A stretch of 15,418 nucleotides of DNA, from contig JAVKIH010000028.1 of the NCBI GenBank assembly GCA_031459625.1, positions 1 through 15,418 of the forward strand, read 5' to 3'. The first letter of the stretch is position 1, and every line of letters begins with the position of its first letter. A model generated the notes under the pieces. It ran no database searches and was not told the DNA's origin. It worked only from the letters and a program-made list of their open reading frames with translations. Below, one piece after another: positions 1-7,334 of this stretch. Position numbers and translations under genes: made by a program. This DNA comes from Candidatus Geohabitans tengchongensis (GTDB lineage: Bacteria > Sysuimicrobiota > Sysuimicrobiia > Sysuimicrobiales > Humicultoraceae).

Positions 1-123
1 TTTCACAACAAAACTCGCCGCCTGAGATCAGGGGACGAAGGAAAAGTCAGTGCTGATGCGGGTTTCAAAGGATGCGAGGTCTCAGGCAAAGGTACCTCGA
101 GGTCGGTTTCTGTCAAACATGGG
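1..123. mobile_element. Possible terminus of an insertion sequence (IS1634/IS4-like end), truncated by the window edge
   Basis: GC drops abruptly to about 51% (counted over 1-120) from the much higher GC of the rest. The segment ends in CTGTCAAACATGGG (110-123; reverse complement CCCATGTTTGACAG), which from memory resembles IS1634-family terminal inverted repeats. CTAG follows immediately (124-127). No transposase or partner IR is visible in the window. Confidence 0.4.
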
Positions 124-642
124 CTAGAACCTCGGTGTGCTGGCCGGCCGGGGGATGGGGGCGTCGATGATGAACCCCTCGCCGCCCAGCGCTGCGCGCC
201 GCTGCCCCTCGATGAGGACCTGCACCCGCCGCACCGCCGGGAACTGCGTCCCCGTGTAGACGAGCTGCCACACCCGCGCCTGGACCGAGACCGCACCGCC
301 CCCGGCTTCGATCTCCCGCGAGAGGTCCACCACGGCCACGTCGTCGGCGACCGCCACGCCGCGCAGGACCGTCCCCTCCGGGATGGCCGTGCCGATCCCG
401 CGCGCCTGTTCGTCAGGGGTCGGGCCAGCCAGGAGCGCCAGGAACGCCGCGTGCAGGCGCGTCTCCAGGCTGCGGGCGCGCACGACCCGCTCCACGGGAA
501 CGAGGGTGCTCTCCTCCGGTCCGGCCGGGCCGACGAAGTAGACCGTCACGACGACCGGCACCGGCCGGACGAAGGCCCACCACACCACGACGGGCAGGAA
601 GACCAGCAGGAGGACGACGAGGAAGGCGAGGCGCCGACGCAT
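124..642 (-). CDS. Membrane-anchored GerMN-domain protein (172 aa)
   Basis: N-terminal basic residues plus a hydrophobic helix (MRRRLAFLVVLLLVFLPVVVWW), followed by GerMN-type motifs: VYF..LVPVER, LLAGPT, TAIPEGT.L.GV...VAVVDLS, QLVYT.TQFP.V..VQVLIEG. Starts 7 nt after the thrB stop. Confidence 0.85.
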   Translation of the reverse strand: MRRRLAFLVVLLLVFLPVVVWWAFVRPVPVVVTVYFVGPAGPEESTLVPVERVVRARSLETRLHAAFLALLAGPTPDEQARGIGTAIPEGTVLRGVAVADDVAVVDLSREIEAGGGAVSVQARVWQLVYTGTQFPAVRRVQVLIEGQRRAALGGEGFIIDAPIPRPASTPRF

Positions 643-649
643 CAGCCTG

Positions 650-1555
650 TCACGACATCTCCTCGTGCACGACCGCGCCGTGGGGGTCCACCTGGGTGAG
701 GAGGAGCTCCGCGGCGATGCCCCGGCGGGCGAAGACGTCCACCATGGCGGCCCCCACGCCCTCCGACCGCTCCGGCGGGGCGAGCGCCGCCACCGAGGAG
801 CCCGACCCGGCCAGCACCGCGCCGTAGGCCCCCGCCGCCTCCGCCGCCGCCAGGACCTCGGGCAGCCCGGGGACGAGCCGGGCCCGGTACGGCTGGTGGA
901 GGCGGTCGCGCATGGCCGGGCGCAGCAGCCGCTCTTCCCCCGTGAGCAGGGCCGCCACCAGCAGGGCGGCGCGGCCGACGTTGAAGACGGCGTCGGCGTG
1001 GGGGACGGTCTCCGGCAGCAGCGCCCTCGCCTCCGCAGTGGCCACCGTCACCTCGGGCACGGCCACGACGACGTCCAGGTCGGCGCGGGGGAGGAAGCGG
1101 GCCGGGTGGAGGCCTTCCTCGTCGGCCACCACCGCCACGACGCCGCCCAGCAGCGCCGGGGCGACGTTGTCGGGGTGCCCCTCGATCCCTGCGGCCAGAG
1201 CGAGGAGGCGCTCCTGAGGGAGCGGCCCGCCCAGGAGGTGGTTGGCCGCCACGAGCCCGCCGACCACCGAGGCCGCGCTGCTCCCCAGCCCCCGGGCCAC
1301 GGGGACGGCGCACTCGACCGTGATGCGGAAGCGCTCCCGCCGTCCGGCCTCCTGCGCCACCGCCTCGGCCGCCCGGGCGACCAGCGGCCGGCTCACCGTC
1401 CCCAGCGCCGCCGCCCGCGGGCCGGTGAAGGCGACGGTGGTCTCCTCGTCCACCGCCATGGTGATGCGGTCGTGGAGCTGCACGGCCATGCCGAGGACGT
1501 CGAACCCGGGCCCCAGGTTGGCGATGGTGGCAGGGACGCTCACGTGGACGGTCAT
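650..1555 (-). CDS. thrB: Homoserine kinase (GHMP kinase family)
   Basis: VPATIANLGPGFDVLGMA N-terminus, GHMP ATP-binding loop PVARGLGSSAA, EGHPDNVAPA, DRLHQPYRA, and LAGSGSS. ATG at 1555 chosen by homology to ThrB N-termini; the ORF-track start at 1723 runs into lgt. Confidence 0.96.
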   Translation of the reverse strand: MTVHVSVPATIANLGPGFDVLGMAVQLHDRITMAVDEETTVAFTGPRAAALGTVSRPLVARAAEAVAQEAGRRERFRITVECAVPVARGLGSSAASVVGGLVAANHLLGGPLPQERLLALAAGIEGHPDNVAPALLGGVVAVVADEEGLHPARFLPRADLDVVVAVPEVTVATAEARALLPETVPHADAVFNVGRAALLVAALLTGEERLLRPAMRDRLHQPYRARLVPGLPEVLAAAEAAGAYGAVLAGSGSSVAALAPPERSEGVGAAMVDVFARRGIAAELLLTQVDPHGAVVHEEMS

Positions 1556-1613
1556 GCTGGTGTCGGGGCGGCGGCCCGTGCTCCCGGCCGGGTCCTCATC
1601 CGTGCCCCGCGTC

Positions 1614-1622
1614 AAGATAGCA
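1614..1622 (-). promoter_or_regulatory. Putative extended -10 promoter (TGcTATCTT) for thrB-GerMN
   Basis: The minus strand reads TGC-TATCTT, matching TGn-TAnnnT, within an AT-richer patch of the divergent intergenic region. Confidence 0.5.
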
Positions 1623-1634
1623 CGCAGGAGCGCA

Positions 1635-1643
1635 TGATACACT
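1635..1643 (+). promoter_or_regulatory. Putative extended -10 promoter (TGaTACACT) for lgt
   Basis: TGA-TACACT matches TGn-TAnnnT and ends 9 nt before the lgt GTG. There is no SD between them, suggesting a leaderless or near-leaderless transcript. Confidence 0.55.
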
Positions 1644-1652
1644 GGATCGGCC

Positions 1653-2426
1653 GTGGACCCCGTGCTCGTGCAGTTCGGCCCGCTGGTGATCCGCTGGTAC
1701 GGCGTCATGCACGCCCTCACCATCGCCGTGGGCCTGTGGCTGGCCTACCGCTTCGGCCCGCGCTTTGGCGTCCCCGCCGCCGTGCTGGACCGCATCGGCC
1801 TGTGGGCGGTGGTGGCCATGTACGTGGGCGGGCGGCTGGGGTACGTGCTCTCGCATCCTGCGGAGTTCCGCGACCCGCTGGAGGTCCTCCGCGTCTGGCA
1901 CGGAGGCCTGGCCTCCCACGGGGCCATCCTGGCCGGGCTGGCTTACTGTACGGTGGCCGCCCGCCGCGCCGGTGTCGCCGTGCAGTCGCTCTTCGACGCC
2001 GGCGCCTTCGCCCTGCCGGTGGGATCGTTCTTCGTCCGCTTCGGCAACTTCATGAATGGCGAGCTGTACGGCGCGCCCACCACGCTACCCGTGGGGGTGC
2101 GCTTCCCCACCGCCCCCGACGCCCCCCGCCACCCGGTGCAGCTCTACGAGATGGCCCTCGCCCTCGTCATCCTGGCGGTGGTGTGGCGGGTGGCCCGCCG
2201 GCGGGCCTTCCCGGGGCAGGTGTGGTGGACGGCGCTGGCCCTCGTCTCGCTGATGCGCCTGGGCTTGGACGTCCTGCGCCCCGAGCACCGCGTCTGGGGC
2301 GTGCTGGCGACGGGACAGGTCGCAGCGCTCCTGCTGCTCGGCGTCTCGCTGTGGTTCCTCTGGCGCCGCCCGACGGCACCGGCGGCGAGCCTCCAGCACC
2401 TCCCGGACGGCAGCGCCGGATCCTGA
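1653..2426 (+). CDS. lgt: Prolipoprotein diacylglyceryl transferase
   Basis: DPV..Q.GPL.IRWYG, GGRLGYV, WHGGLASHG, RFGNFMNGELYG and HPVQLYE motifs; multiple TM segments; 257 aa. Confidence 0.96.
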   Translation: MDPVLVQFGPLVIRWYGVMHALTIAVGLWLAYRFGPRFGVPAAVLDRIGLWAVVAMYVGGRLGYVLSHPAEFRDPLEVLRVWHGGLASHGAILAGLAYCTVAARRAGVAVQSLFDAGAFALPVGSFFVRFGNFMNGELYGAPTTLPVGVRFPTAPDAPRHPVQLYEMALALVILAVVWRVARRRAFPGQVWWTALALVSLMRLGLDVLRPEHRVWGVLATGQVAALLLLGVSLWFLWRRPTAPAASLQHLPDGSAGS

Positions 2427-2449
2427 CTCGCGGATCCAGGTCGGGATCC
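2418..2449. terminator. Hairpin between convergent lgt and fixX; possible terminator or 3' stabilising stem
   Basis: GGATCCTGAC (2418-2427) pairs with GTCGGGATCC (2440-2449) with one G-U pair. No U-tract on either strand. Confidence 0.3.
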
Positions 2450-2555
2450 CGCAGCGTGGCGGCCGACCACCTCAGGCCCTGGGCTCGGCCCTCCCGCTCG
2501 AGCCTGGAACATCGCCTCTGAGCCATCGCCGTCCCCCTGCCGAACCGGTCGTGCC

Positions 2556-2936
2556 CTACCCGAACCGGTAGTGCACCCCGAAGCCGCCGCGGGGCAGCCG
2601 CCAGTCGATTACTCGGTAGGGACACCCGAGCAGGCAGGAGGTGCACTCCACGCAGTTCTCGTAGGCGATGACGATCTTCTCCCCGTCCCAGGTGTAGACG
2701 TTGGCGGGGCAGAAGGTCGTGCACGGCCGGCCCCACTCCCGCCCGCACTGCTCGGCGCAGACTTCCCGGTGGGTGATGTCGATGTGGGAGTGGCGGTCGT
2801 GGCGGTACTGCACCAGGTAGAGCTTTTCTTCCACCTGGACGCGGGGCAGCGGCGGCTCGTCCGGCGCGGCCGCCCGCGGCAGCGGCGCGCTGGGCGTGCG
2901 GACGGGCGCGGGGCGCCTCAGCGGATGGCCTTCCAT
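2556..2936 (-). CDS. fixX: FixX-like ferredoxin (2x[4Fe-4S]); start uncertain (ATG 2936, CTG 2921 or GTG 2834)
   Basis: VEEKLYLVQY..D..SHI N-terminal core. Eight Cys (CAEQC, CTTFCPANVY, YENCVECTSCLLGCP). Characteristic C-terminus W.LPRGGFGVHYRFG. Directly follows fixC. Confidence 0.9.
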   Translation of the reverse strand: MEGHPLRRPAPVRTPSAPLPRAAAPDEPPLPRVQVEEKLYLVQYRHDRHSHIDITHREVCAEQCGREWGRPCTTFCPANVYTWDGEKIVIAYENCVECTSCLLGCPYRVIDWRLPRGGFGVHYRFG

Positions 2937-4222
2937 CCCTGGTAGAGGTCCTTCGCCATCTGCCACAGGGGGCGCACCTCGCGCACGTGGCGCCAGATCT
3001 CCTTCTGCTTGGCCCGCTTGCTCAGCCCGTCCACGGTGAGCATCTCGCCCACGACGTCGTTGGCCAGGCGCGTGTAGAGCTCCAGCAGCTCGGGCCGCCG
3101 GTCCACCAGGTCCGGGAGGTCTCGGTACTTGCGCAGGTCCTGCAGCACGAAGCTGGCCTCCAGGAGCTGCTGGTAGATCGGTCCGGCCGCGTCCAGATCA
3201 CCGCGCGCCCTGGCCTGGACGATGGCCTCGCCGGCCATCCGTCCCGCCGCCATCGCCAGGTTGCTCCCCTCGCGGTGCAGCCCGTTCACCATCATGGCCG
3301 CATCCCCGGCCACCAGCACGCCGCGCCCGTAGAGCCGGGGCATGGCCCGGTAGCCCCCTTCGGGGATGGCGTGGGCGGCGTACTCCTGCACCTCGCCCCC
3401 CTCGATGAGGCGCGCCACGAAGGGGTGCTGCTTGAATCCTTCCAGCAGGTCGTAGGGCGTGATCTTCGTGCGCATCAGGTGGGAGATGAGCGCGCCGATG
3501 CCCACGGAGAGGCTCTCCCGGTTGGTGTAGATGAAGCCGTAGCCGGCCATGCCGCGCGTGACCGAGCCGTAGACCTCGATGGTCACCCCCTCGCCCTCGC
3601 GCACGGCGAAGCGCTCCTCGATCACCTGCGGAGGCAGCGCGATGACCTCCTTCACCGCCAGCGCCGCCTCCGAGGGCTCGAGGGGCCGGTCGCGCAGCCG
3701 GGCCTTCTGCACCAGGAAGGAGTTCACGCCGTCGGCGATGACCACGACGTCGCCGTAGACGTCACCCCCCTCCCGGCCCGCCCGCACGCCCACGACCCGG
3801 TCGCCGTCCCACAGGACGTCCTCCACGGTGGTGCCGGGGATGAGCAGCGCGCCGGCGGCCTCCGCCTGGGCGGCAAACCAGCGGTCGAACCGGGCGCGCA
3901 GCACGGTGAAGGCGTTGGGCATCCCGTGGCCCGGGCCGTGGGCGGCGCTCCGGTAGCCCACGCTCACCGCCGAGGTAGGCGTGGCCAGCCACACCCGCTC
4001 CTCGACGACGACGCGCTCGATGGGCGCCTGGGTCCAGAACTCCGGGATCAGGTCGGCCAGCATGCGCCCGTACATCACCCCGCCCATGACGTTCTTGGCA
4101 CCGGGGTACTCGCCGCGCTCGAAGAGGACCACGCTCAGCCCCGCCCGCGCCAGGGTGAGGGCGGCGGCGCTGCCCGCGGGCCCCGCCCCCACGACGATGG
4201 CGTCGAACCGCTCGGTGGCCAT
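2918..4222 (-). CDS. fixC: FixC-like FAD-dependent oxidoreductase (ETF:quinone oxidoreductase flavoprotein), 434 aa
   Basis: FDAIVVGAGPAG Rossmann motif, ERGEYPGAKNVMGG, FTVLRARFDRWFA, ADGVNS, GFIYTNRESLSVG, EYAAHAIPEGG, VAGDAA and EGSNLAM; adjacent to fixX. ATG at 4222. Confidence 0.9.
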   Translation of the reverse strand: MATERFDAIVVGAGPAGSAAALTLARAGLSVVLFERGEYPGAKNVMGGVMYGRMLADLIPEFWTQAPIERVVVEERVWLATPTSAVSVGYRSAAHGPGHGMPNAFTVLRARFDRWFAAQAEAAGALLIPGTTVEDVLWDGDRVVGVRAGREGGDVYGDVVVIADGVNSFLVQKARLRDRPLEPSEAALAVKEVIALPPQVIEERFAVREGEGVTIEVYGSVTRGMAGYGFIYTNRESLSVGIGALISHLMRTKITPYDLLEGFKQHPFVARLIEGGEVQEYAAHAIPEGGYRAMPRLYGRGVLVAGDAAMMVNGLHREGSNLAMAAGRMAGEAIVQARARGDLDAAGPIYQQLLEASFVLQDLRKYRDLPDLVDRRPELLELYTRLANDVVGEMLTVDGLSKRAKQKEIWRHVREVRPLWQMAKDLYQGWKAIR

Positions 4223-4230
4223 ACCGCCCG

Positions 4231-5652
4231 CTACCGTCCCAGGAGCGCGGCCAGCGGCCGCACCGACTCGACGAGGGAGCCGGGGAAGACCCCGAGCAGC
4301 AGGACGGCGGCCGCCGCCGCCAGCACCACCGCCGTCGTCCCGCGTGCCGCCGCCACGGTCACGCCGCCGGCCGGGGAATCCAGGAACATGACGTAGGGCA
4401 CCCGCAGGTAGTAGTAGGCGGAGACCACCGTGGTGAGCGCGCCGACCAGGACGAGCCAGACCTGCCCGGCCTGGAGGGAGGCCTGGAAGAGGTAGAGCTT
4501 GCCGATGAACCCGGCGGTCGGCGGAAACCCCGCCAGGGCCGCCATAAAGAGGGCCATGGCCGCCCCTGCCGCCGGATACCGCCGTCCCACCCCGCGCAGC
4601 GCCTCGATGTGGTCCACCTCCTCCCCGGCCCGGTGGCACAGCAGCGCCACGGCGAAGGCGCCCAGCGTCATGAAAAGGTAGGCGGCCAGGTAGAAGGTGG
4701 CCGCCCCCACGCCCGGCGGCCCCGCCGCCACGCCCATGAGCAGGTAGCCGGCGTGGGCGATGGAGGAGTAGGCCAGCAGCCGCTTGAGCGAGCGCTGGGC
4801 CAGGGCCACCAGGTTCCCGACGAGCAGCGTCGCGCCCGCCAGCGCGGCCAGCAGCGCCGTCCACTGCGGCGCCAGCCCCGGGGCCTCCAGTCCCGGCGTG
4901 CGCAGCAGCGCCGCAAAGGCCCCCACCTTGGCGATGACCGCCATAAAGGCCGTCACCGGCAGCGGCGACCCCTCGTAGACGTCGGGGACCCAAACGTGGA
5001 AGGGGACGAGGGCCGCCTTGAAGGCCAGGCCGATCGTCACCAGGGCCACGCCGCCGGCGAGCAGCGCCGTCACGCCACTCCGCGCCGCCGCGGCCACGGC
5101 CTCCAGCGCCGTCGAGCCCGCCGCCCCGAAGAGCAATGCCACGCCGTAGAGGAAGAGGGCACTGGCGAAGGAGCCGAGGAGGAAGTACTTGAGCCCGGCC
5201 TCCTGCGAGGGCAACCAGCCGCGGCGGAAGGCCGCGAGCACGTACAGGGGCACGGAGAGGGTCTCCAGCCCCAGGAAGAGCAGGAGGAGGTCGCGCGCGG
5301 CCGCCATCACCATGGCACCCACCGCCGCGAAGAGGACGAGGGCGTGGTACTCGCCACGCTCCAGGCCCAGGCGCCGGAGGTAGTCGCTGCCGAGCAGCAC
5401 CGCCGCCGCGGTGGCGAGCAGCGCCACCATCTGCCAGGTCTGGGTGAGCCCGTCGCGGACGAAGGTCCCGCCGAAGGCCGGCGGGCGCTCCCCCACCGCT
5501 GCCAGGGCGGCCGCGGCGGCGATCACGCCGCCCAGCGCCAGCAGGCGCATCGCCGGCCGCCAGGGGCGCGGTGCCAGCACGTCCCACAGGAGGACGGCCA
5601 CGGCCGTCGCGGTGAGGAGGATCTCGGGGAGGAGCGCGATGACGTCCGCCAT
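4231..5652 (-). CDS. nuoN: NADH-quinone oxidoreductase subunit N
   Basis: LLPE N-terminus, GEY, FLGLETLS, EAGLKYFLLGS, FKAALVPFHVWVPDVYEG, KRLLAYSSIAHAGY, GFPPTAGFIGK, SAYYYLR. ATG overlaps the nuoM stop (TAATG), with GGGGAG upstream. Confidence 0.96.
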   Translation of the reverse strand: MADVIALLPEILLTATAVAVLLWDVLAPRPWRPAMRLLALGGVIAAAAALAAVGERPPAFGGTFVRDGLTQTWQMVALLATAAAVLLGSDYLRRLGLERGEYHALVLFAAVGAMVMAAARDLLLLFLGLETLSVPLYVLAAFRRGWLPSQEAGLKYFLLGSFASALFLYGVALLFGAAGSTALEAVAAAARSGVTALLAGGVALVTIGLAFKAALVPFHVWVPDVYEGSPLPVTAFMAVIAKVGAFAALLRTPGLEAPGLAPQWTALLAALAGATLLVGNLVALAQRSLKRLLAYSSIAHAGYLLMGVAAGPPGVGAATFYLAAYLFMTLGAFAVALLCHRAGEEVDHIEALRGVGRRYPAAGAAMALFMAALAGFPPTAGFIGKLYLFQASLQAGQVWLVLVGALTTVVSAYYYLRVPYVMFLDSPAGGVTVAAARGTTAVVLAAAAAVLLLGVFPGSLVESVRPLAALLGR

Positions 5653-7334
5653 TACCCGGACTCCCCGCGATCGGGCCCCACCGCACGCCACCCCGACCGC
5701 ACCGCTCCTGATCGGGATGGCGCCCGGTGGTCAAGGAGCTGACCGCGCGCGCACCCCTGCGCTGCGGCGCGCGGCCCCGCCGGCGTTCCCTGTGGTCGGC
5801 GCCCGGCCTGAGGGGCCGCCGCAGCACCGCATCCTGCCTTGCCCACCGCCTCCATGCGGGCCCGGTCGGCCACCGCCTCCACGCGCGCCACCACCGCCCG
5901 CACGCTCGCTTCGCTCCGCCGCAGGAAGGGCCCCGGGGCGAGGCCGATGGCGAAGATCAGCGCCAGCAGTGGCGCGAAGACCAGCACCTCTCGCGCTCCC
6001 ACCTCGGTCAGCCGCTCCGGGTGACGCGCCCGCAGCGGGCCCTGCATCACCCGCTGGTAGGCCCACAGCAGATAGACGGCCGAGAGGATCACGCCGCTGG
6101 CGGCCACCACCGTCCCCAGCGGCGTGCGGCGGAAGGCGCCGAGCAGGATGAGGAACTCCCCGACGAAGCCGTTCGTCCCCGGCAGCGCCGCCGAGGAGAG
6201 CATGACGATGGTGACGATGGCGGCGAAGCCGGGCATGCGCGCGGCCACGCCGCCGTAGTCGGCCAGCTGCCGGGTGTGCAGCCGGTCGTAGAGCACGCCG
6301 ACGATGAGGAAGAGGGCCCCCGTGCTGATGCCGTGGTTGACCATCTGCAGGACCGCGCCCTGCAGCCCTTCCGGGTTCATGGCGAAGATGCCCAGGGTGA
6401 CGAAGCCCAGGTGGCTGACGCTGCTGTAGGCGACCAGGCGCTTGAGGTCGGCCTGCGCCCAGGAGACGATGCCCCCGTAGACGATCCCGACGATGCCGAG
6501 CAGCGCCATCACCGGCGCGAAGGCCGCGGCCGCCTCGGGGAAGAGCCCCAGCGAGAACCGCACCAGCCCGTAGGCGCCCATCTTCAGGAGGAGCGCCGCC
6601 AGGACCACGCTGCCCGGCGTGGGGGCCTCCACGTGGGCGTCGGGGAGCCAGGTGTGCAGCGGCCACACCGGCACCTTCACGGCGAAGGCCACGGTGAAGG
6701 CCCAGAAGAGCCACCGCCCCGCCGGCCCGCCCACGCCGGCCTCCTGCAGCGTCAGCAGGTCGAAGGTGCGCTCGCCCGCCGGGGCGAGGATGTAGAGGGC
6801 GACGATGGCCACCAGCATGAAGGCGCTGCCGGCCATCGTGTACAGGAGGAACTTGTTCGCCGCGTAGGTGCGTGCGGGCCCGCCCCACAGCCCGATGAGG
6901 AAGTACATAGGGACGAGGACGGCCTCCCAGAAGACGAAGAAGAGGACCAGGTCAAGCGCCAGGAAGGTCCCGAGTACGGCCGTCTCCAGCAGCAGCATGG
7001 CCGCCGTGAAGCCCTTCACCTGCTCGGTGACCGACGACCACGAGGCCAGCAGCGCCACCGGGAAGGTGAGCGCGGTGAGGCCGACCAGCAGCAGGCTGAT
7101 GCCGTCGGCGCCCACGTGGTAGGCGATCCCGAGTCCCGGCGCCCAGGCCCGCCCCTCCACGAACTGCATCGCCGCCTGGGACGGGTCGAAGAGGGCCCAC
7201 AGCCGGATCGCCACGCCCAGCGTGGCCAGGGCGATCAGCAGCCCCACCCAGCGCACGAGGCCCGTGGCGCGCCCGGGCAGCAGCGCCACCACCCCCGCGC
7301 CCAGAGCCGGCAAGAAGATGAGCCAGGAGAGCAT
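5652..7334 (-). CDS. nuoM: NADH-quinone oxidoreductase subunit M, with a long low-complexity C-terminal tail
   Basis: DGISLLLV, FFVFWE, KVPVWPLHTWLPDAHVEAPT, LLKMGAYG, DLKRLVAYSSVSH, QMVNHG, LPGTNGFVGE. ATG overlaps the nuoL stop (TGATG). Confidence 0.96.
   Translation of the reverse strand: MLSWLIFLPALGAGVVALLPGRATGLVRWVGLLIALATLGVAIRLWALFDPSQAAMQFVEGRAWAPGLGIAYHVGADGISLLLVGLTALTFPVALLASWSSVTEQVKGFTAAMLLLETAVLGTFLALDLVLFFVFWEAVLVPMYFLIGLWGGPARTYAANKFLLYTMAGSAFMLVAIVALYILAPAGERTFDLLTLQEAGVGGPAGRWLFWAFTVAFAVKVPVWPLHTWLPDAHVEAPTPGSVVLAALLLKMGAYGLVRFSLGLFPEAAAAFAPVMALLGIVGIVYGGIVSWAQADLKRLVAYSSVSHLGFVTLGIFAMNPEGLQGAVLQMVNHGISTGALFLIVGVLYDRLHTRQLADYGGVAARMPGFAAIVTIVMLSSAALPGTNGFVGEFLILLGAFRRTPLGTVVAASGVILSAVYLLWAYQRVMQGPLRARHPERLTEVGAREVLVFAPLLALIFAIGLAPGPFLRRSEASVRAVVARVEAVADRARMEAVGKAGCGAAAAPQAGRRPQGTPAGPRAAAQGCARGQLLDHRAPSRSGAVRSGWRAVGPDRGESG

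Noticed and set aside
665..2521. 618-aa + strand ORF, and other long antisense or alternate-frame ORFs (e.g. 2987-4396, 5727-7352, 7520-9304, 12857-14476)
   Set aside because: These are shadow ORFs expected from high-GC codon bias. They overlap well-supported genes and have no recognisable motifs.
2918..4222. Geranylgeranyl reductase or MenJ identity for the flavoprotein
   Set aside because: The GAKNVMGG and EY.AH.IPEGG motifs and the adjacent FixX-type ferredoxin fit FixC better.
2918..5827. Apparent 969-aa FixC, 887-aa NuoM, 650-aa NuoI and 1216-aa NuoG 'fusion' ORFs in the ORF track
   Set aside because: The N-terminal parts are off-frame readings of upstream genes. Internal starts at the operon junctions give normal-sized proteins.
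5731..5832. Small ORF MRCCGGPSG... inside the nuoM tail
   Set aside because: The GGAGG is too far from the ATG, the product is low-complexity, and it lies fully inside nuoM.
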